This document shows, piece by piece, positions 36,269 through 40,280 of a DNA stretch of 40,280 nucleotides. The first letter of the stretch is position 1, and every line of letters begins with the position of its first letter. A model generated the notes under the pieces. That model ran no database searches. It saw only the letters and a list, made by a program, of their open reading frames with translations, and was not told the DNA's origin. The stretch comes from an uncultured Bacilli bacterium (GTDB lineage: Bacteria > Bacillota_I > Bacilli_A > RF39 > UBA660), in the NCBI GenBank assembly GCA_944358805.1, contig CALVSD010000002.1, forward strand, positions 1-40,280, written 5' to 3'. A program made the position numbers and the translations under genes.

Positions 36269-37040
36269 TTATTCCTAGACTTAGTAATGCTAATCCTATT
36301 ACTAGGTCTTTTATATTTATATAATGAGAAAATATTTCTAACAACAATGTTAATAAAGTAGATAGAATAACTCCTAATATAAATGAAAAAGTTAGTTTAT
36401 TATACTTCTTAAATAAATAATTTATAATAATACTTGTTACTATTATTCCTATAAAAATTCCTAATCCATAAGGAATTAATATATTTAAATTATTTATAAT
36501 ATTTTCTAAATTAGATAAAGAATAAATTATGTTATTGTACGTTCCCAATACCATAAGAAGAGCTGTTGAACTTATACCAGGAACTACCATTCCAAACGCA
36601 TCCATTAAACCAGAAATTAAATATATAATTATAGAATAATTTATTGTATTATTATTTATATTCATAATAGTCAATAAAGTTATAATAACAAATGTTGTTA
36701 CTACTAATAATATTCCTTTTATGCTTTTATCAATCTTGCTAATTATTTTAGGAGTGCTTCCAAATATTAATCCTATAAAAAATAACATCGTAATTACATA
36801 ATAATTGTTAAGTAAAAAATATACTATATTACTACCTAACATTATTGCAAAAATAATTCCTATTCCTATAAAAAATAAAAATTTAATATTTTCTTTTATA
36901 TTATCAAAAAAACAAGTAATTGAACTTATTCCCTTATCGTATACTCCCATACTAATTGCAAGTATTGCCCCAGATACTCCTGGCATTACTTTAGCAAATC
37001 CTATTATTAATCCTTTTATAACAAGTATTATATTAGACAT
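36243..37040 (-). CDS. DUF368 family membrane protein (proposed undecaprenyl-phosphate translocase family)
   Basis: Duplicated PG(V/I)SG(A/S) motifs (VMPGVSGAIL and VVPGISSTAL) and about 8 transmembrane segments. Confidence 0.85.
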   Translation of the reverse strand: MSNIILVIKGLIIGFAKVMPGVSGAILAISMGVYDKGISSITCFFDNIKENIKFLFFIGIGIIFAIMLGSNIVYFLLNNYYVITMLFFIGLIFGSTPKIISKIDKSIKGILLVVTTFVIITLLTIMNINNNTINYSIIIYLISGLMDAFGMVVPGISSTALLMVLGTYNNIIYSLSNLENIINNLNILIPYGLGIFIGIIVTSIIINYLFKKYNKLTFSFILGVILSTLLTLLLEIFSHYINIKDLVIGLALLSLGIIISCFFDD

Positions 37041-37094
37041 ATAGCATCACCTAATAAAGTATATAAAAAAATTAAGTTATATATGTTTATAACT

Positions 37095-38057
37095 CTATTT
37101 TTTTAACTCTCTTATTTGCCTAGATAAACTTTCTTTAGTTGATCTAATAAGTTCACCCTTCATATTTTTATATTTTGCTGACATAGTACTTTTTAATTTT
37201 TCTCTTTCTTTTTCATTTAATATATATACATCATTGACGTAACAACCATCTAGCTTTCCTTTTCTTAATAATTCAAATAACATATATCCTTGAGCACAAA
37301 TATCCTCATACCCCCTTATTTCACTTTCATATTGAGGTACTAACTTTCTCGCTCTCTTAATGTATTTACTTAATATTCCACTAAGTATTTTCAGATAATC
37401 TCTGTATTCAATATGTACACCAGTATCACAAAGATTTGTATTTATTATATGTATTTTAGAATTATTGCTTTCATAAAATACCAACATTGACAAAGTTATA
37501 TTACTCAAATTTATTCCCTTTAAATTTGAAAAATAAATGTTCATTGACTCATTTATATCTATATTTAACTCAATATTAGTATTTTCTAAATCGCAACTTA
37601 CTATATAACTTATAATATTTCCATTTGATTTTGACAAGTCAACATTTGTAAAATTGCAACTAGATATTTTAATTTTTTTATCAGGATAAGCTAAAGCATA
37701 GAAACTTTTCTTAAAATCTATTTGAATATTAGTATTAGATAAGTTTATATTACATGATTGATATTTCTCTTTTCCATATTTCGTCTTATATTCTTTTGCA
37801 TAGCCTACCGATGAGTTCCATTCTACATTATCAAAAGAAACTTCACTTAAATCTATTTTACTTAAAAAAGGTCCACTCCAAACAATATATTTAACTTCTA
37901 TTTGTCTTCCGTCAGGGAATATTGCTATATCTTTTTCAAAAATTAAGTCTTCTAATATGTTTTTGTCAATTTTAACTCTTTTATCGCCTTCATAATCTTT
38001 TAATTCTTTTTCAATAACTTCTCTTAATTCACTTTTACCAGATTGATTTAATTTCAT
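37095..38057 (-). CDS. hypothetical cytoplasmic protein with degenerate pentapeptide-like repeats
   Basis: GAGGAGG RBS. The central region has repeated (L/F)S..(N/D)(L/I/F) units (IDLSEVSFDNV, INLSNTNIQ, CNFTNVDLSKSN, INLSNITLS). Confidence 0.6.
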   Translation of the reverse strand: MKLNQSGKSELREVIEKELKDYEGDKRVKIDKNILEDLIFEKDIAIFPDGRQIEVKYIVWSGPFLSKIDLSEVSFDNVEWNSSVGYAKEYKTKYGKEKYQSCNINLSNTNIQIDFKKSFYALAYPDKKIKISSCNFTNVDLSKSNGNIISYIVSCDLENTNIELNIDINESMNIYFSNLKGINLSNITLSMLVFYESNNSKIHIINTNLCDTGVHIEYRDYLKILSGILSKYIKRARKLVPQYESEIRGYEDICAQGYMLFELLRKGKLDGCYVNDVYILNEKEREKLKSTMSAKYKNMKGELIRSTKESLSRQIRELKK

Positions 38058-38116
38058 TTATAATGCCTCCTCTTGATATGCCTACTACTATAACACATAA
38101 AATTTTAATGTTCAAT

Positions 38117-38149
38117 AAAAAAATAGAATTATATTATTATAACTCTATT
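38117..38149 (-). terminator. terminator after the LCP gene
   Basis: 11-bp stem (one G-U pair) with a 6-nt loop, then a U-run. Overlaps the TAG stop. Confidence 0.55.
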
Positions 38150-39902
38150 CTTTCACACTATTTTCTCCGTCACCTTTATCATTTGTACTTCCATCAGCTG
38201 GATTATTTTCATCTGTTGTATTATCACCCTCATCGGTATTGTTATTTCCAGTATTATCTTCTGTATTTCCTGTTCCTTCATCAGGTATTTTATCATCTTC
38301 GCTTGGAAGTAAGTCCTCAAGTGGATCATCTTTTGGTTCTTCATCTTTATTATTTTCTTCTTTTGCTTCTTCTTCCACTTTATTATCACTACTTTCAATA
38401 TTACTATTGTTATTAGTAACAGGACTTTGTGTAACATAACTACCACTTTGTTCTTCACCATATGAACTATCTAATAATTTGCCCGCCTCAACTTTATCTA
38501 TTAGTTCTTTAGCATTTAATATACTATCATCATCAGGTATCATAACGTATAATTTTTGAGTAGGGTAACTATAAGTATAATTATATTCAGCTTCACCACT
38601 TATATAATTTGAAGTTACAGTCCAATTATAATTACCATCAAGTTGCATTTTTATAAAATCCATTATCCTTGAAACAGGCATATTTGTAGCAAATTTACCA
38701 TCTATTGAATCAAGAAGACTACTATATTTATTTATTATTGAAGGACTAATACACTTTCTAATTAAAGCCTCAATCATAGCTTGTTGATTTTTGCCTCTTT
38801 GAATATCACCCAACGAAAAAGCTTTTCTTTCTCTGACAAAAGACAATGCTTGTTCCCCATTTACATAATTATATCCTTTTTTATAATTATATCCATCCAT
38901 TGAAGTAAAGCCATATTCTGAATATACATTAACTCCTCCAAGTGTATCTACTATATCAATAACACTTGTAAAATTAACTTTAAAATAATAATTTATTTCT
39001 ATATCTAATAATTCTTCTATTGTTGATATTGATTTTTCTACTCCATATATTCCCGCATGAGTAAGCTTATCTTTGTATCCTGTTGTTCCTGATAACTGTA
39101 CATATGTATCCCTTGGAATAGATGTTAATAAAACTTGATGTGTTTTAGGATTAACTGTTATTACAATATTAACGTCACTTCTAGATACAGAAGAAACTTC
39201 TCCAAAAGTATCAATACCACTTAAATATATATTAAATGGTTCAGAAGTAACATCAATATCTTTACTCACATCTTTAACTTCTATTTTTATTTTAAAATTA
39301 TATATCGATTTTACTAGTGAAGAAAAATTATTTTCTTCATCCAACATTTTTATATAAGATTCTTCTAAAACAATCATTTCAACTTCTTTATTCATTAAAG
39401 CATCTACTGTTTCATCTAAATCACTATATAACACAGAATCTACGCTTATTTTTTCTTTTATTTTAAAAAGTATTTCTTTTGGTTCGTCTAATTTATTATC
39501 ATAATATCCTAATTTTTTGCCATCTAACTCTGAAATATCTGAATATCCACTATCTTTTAATACCAATACTGAATAATTATGTGTCTTATAATTAAGATTC
39601 ATATTCCCTAAAATGCTATTGGTCTTTAATATATTAAATGATATAAATAATAAAACTATTGATATAATTAAACTTATTATCATAGTTATAATTCTAACTA
39701 TTTTTTTACCTTTTTTTATACACCATACTAGTGCAAAATCTATAATACCTAATAATAAAAATACCAAAAGCAAGTATTTAAAAGGAATAAAATTCATTAT
39801 TGTTATAATCCCCATTAAAAATATTGATACAAACAGCAATATTCCTATTAATATTGTACTAATCAAATTTTTCTTTTTATTCTTATTTTTTATTTTTTTC
39901 AT
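38145..39902 (-). CDS. LytR-CpsA-Psr (LCP) family cell-wall glycopolymer transferase with an acidic low-complexity tail
   Basis: N-terminal transmembrane segments, the LCP core (LLTSIPRDTYV, ALSFVRERKAF..GDIQRGKNQQ), and a roughly 100-aa D/E/N/G-rich C-terminus. Confidence 0.9.
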   Translation of the reverse strand: MKKIKNKNKKKNLISTILIGILLFVSIFLMGIITIMNFIPFKYLLLVFLLLGIIDFALVWCIKKGKKIVRIITMIISLIISIVLLFISFNILKTNSILGNMNLNYKTHNYSVLVLKDSGYSDISELDGKKLGYYDNKLDEPKEILFKIKEKISVDSVLYSDLDETVDALMNKEVEMIVLEESYIKMLDEENNFSSLVKSIYNFKIKIEVKDVSKDIDVTSEPFNIYLSGIDTFGEVSSVSRSDVNIVITVNPKTHQVLLTSIPRDTYVQLSGTTGYKDKLTHAGIYGVEKSISTIEELLDIEINYYFKVNFTSVIDIVDTLGGVNVYSEYGFTSMDGYNYKKGYNYVNGEQALSFVRERKAFSLGDIQRGKNQQAMIEALIRKCISPSIINKYSSLLDSIDGKFATNMPVSRIMDFIKMQLDGNYNWTVTSNYISGEAEYNYTYSYPTQKLYVMIPDDDSILNAKELIDKVEAGKLLDSSYGEEQSGSYVTQSPVTNNNSNIESSDNKVEEEAKEENNKDEEPKDDPLEDLLPSEDDKIPDEGTGNTEDNTGNNNTDEGDNTTDENNPADGSTNDKGDGENSVKE

Positions 39903-40087
39903 TACATCACCTGTATATAATATTATATCACGTATTTATAAATATATTTCCCTTCATTATTATACTTTACATAAAAAAAGTAATATATGTAAGTTATATA
40001 TTACTTCAGACTGTTGACAAAGACGTAAGATTTTGAAAATAGTCTTTTTATTTTTTGAAAAATGTTATATAATAAGTATGTAAGGTT

Positions 40088-40167
40088 GCTTTATAATCTC
40101 TAAAAAAAGCTTACAAAACCTTACTTTTTTTATGTAATTTTGGTATAATTATATTAGAGATTATAAA
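40088..40167. repeat. 15-bp perfect inverted repeat bracketing the transposase promoter
   Basis: CTTTATAATCTCTAA (40088-40102) and TTAGAGATTATAAAG (40153-40167). The second arm overlaps the AAGGAG RBS. Confidence 0.8.
40120..40148 (+). promoter_or_regulatory. extended -10 promoter for the transposase (TTACTT-17-TGgTATAAT)
   Basis: TTACTT at 40120-40125, TG at 40140-40141, and TATAAT at 40143-40148. Confidence 0.5.
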
Positions 40168-40182
40168 GGAGTAAGTGATAAA

Positions 40183-40280
40183 AATGTCAATGACAAAAAG
40201 ATTAAAAAGAAAATATGAAAGTGAAATAATAAATTTAGATGAAATGATACCACAAGATCATTTTTTAAGAGTAATAGATA
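40183..40280 (+). mobile_element. 5' end of an IS1182/IS5-superfamily DDE transposase gene, truncated by the window edge
   Basis: MSMTKRLKRKYESEIINLDEMIPQDHFLRVID matches the InsH-type N-terminal (DUF772) pattern L.d.iP.DH.lR.ID. Confidence 0.75.

Noticed and set aside
1-40280. Alternative genetic code (TGA or TAA reassigned)
   Set aside because: All long conserved genes (infB, uvrA, prkC, the ATPase, asnB) are intact under the standard code, and nearly every gene examined terminates with TAA. The three internal TAA codons are better explained locally.

Overview
This is a 40.3 kb stretch of chromosome from a very AT-rich (roughly 25% GC by eye) endospore-forming Firmicute. Pro-sigma-K, YunB and a SigH-like sigma factor indicate sporulation. 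Almost everything is on the minus strand and is housekeeping, arranged as a mosaic of blocks known from Bacillus subtilis. In coordinate order:
- rimP-nusA-ylxR-infB
- tRNA-Arg(ACG)
- dapF
- uvrA (no uvrB)
- sigH-like, rlmB, mrnC
- yqeH, yqeG
- sigK, then a short L28 gene (rpmB) that the ORF track missed
- a YloB-type P-type ATPase
- rlmN-prpC-prkC-rsgA-rpe plus a Qnr-like pentapeptide gene
- yunB
- asnB plus a Nudix gene
- sortase B
- thyA-folA-tmk
- an envelope cluster of DUF368, LCP and two PF06541 membrane paralogs
- the 5' end of an IS1182/IS5-superfamily transposase at the right edge

I found no CRISPR array, no recognisable defence or toxin system, and no convincing novel multi-gene system.

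The observations most worth a second look are:
1. Three in-frame TAA codons interrupt two otherwise intact-looking genes: thyA, and a zinc-ribbon/SprT-like metalloprotease next to sigK.
2. Three tandem direct repeats, each carrying TTGACA, form or flank the promoter of a membrane-protein gene just downstream of infB.
3. A 15-bp inverted repeat brackets the IS transposase promoter and could sequester its RBS.
4. RimP is truncated to its N-terminal domain.
5. An SOS-box-like palindrome sits in the spacer of a consensus uvrA promoter.
6. Several small hydrophobic peptide ORFs and orphan secreted or membrane proteins are present.

All family assignments come from reading motifs in the translations; no database search was run.
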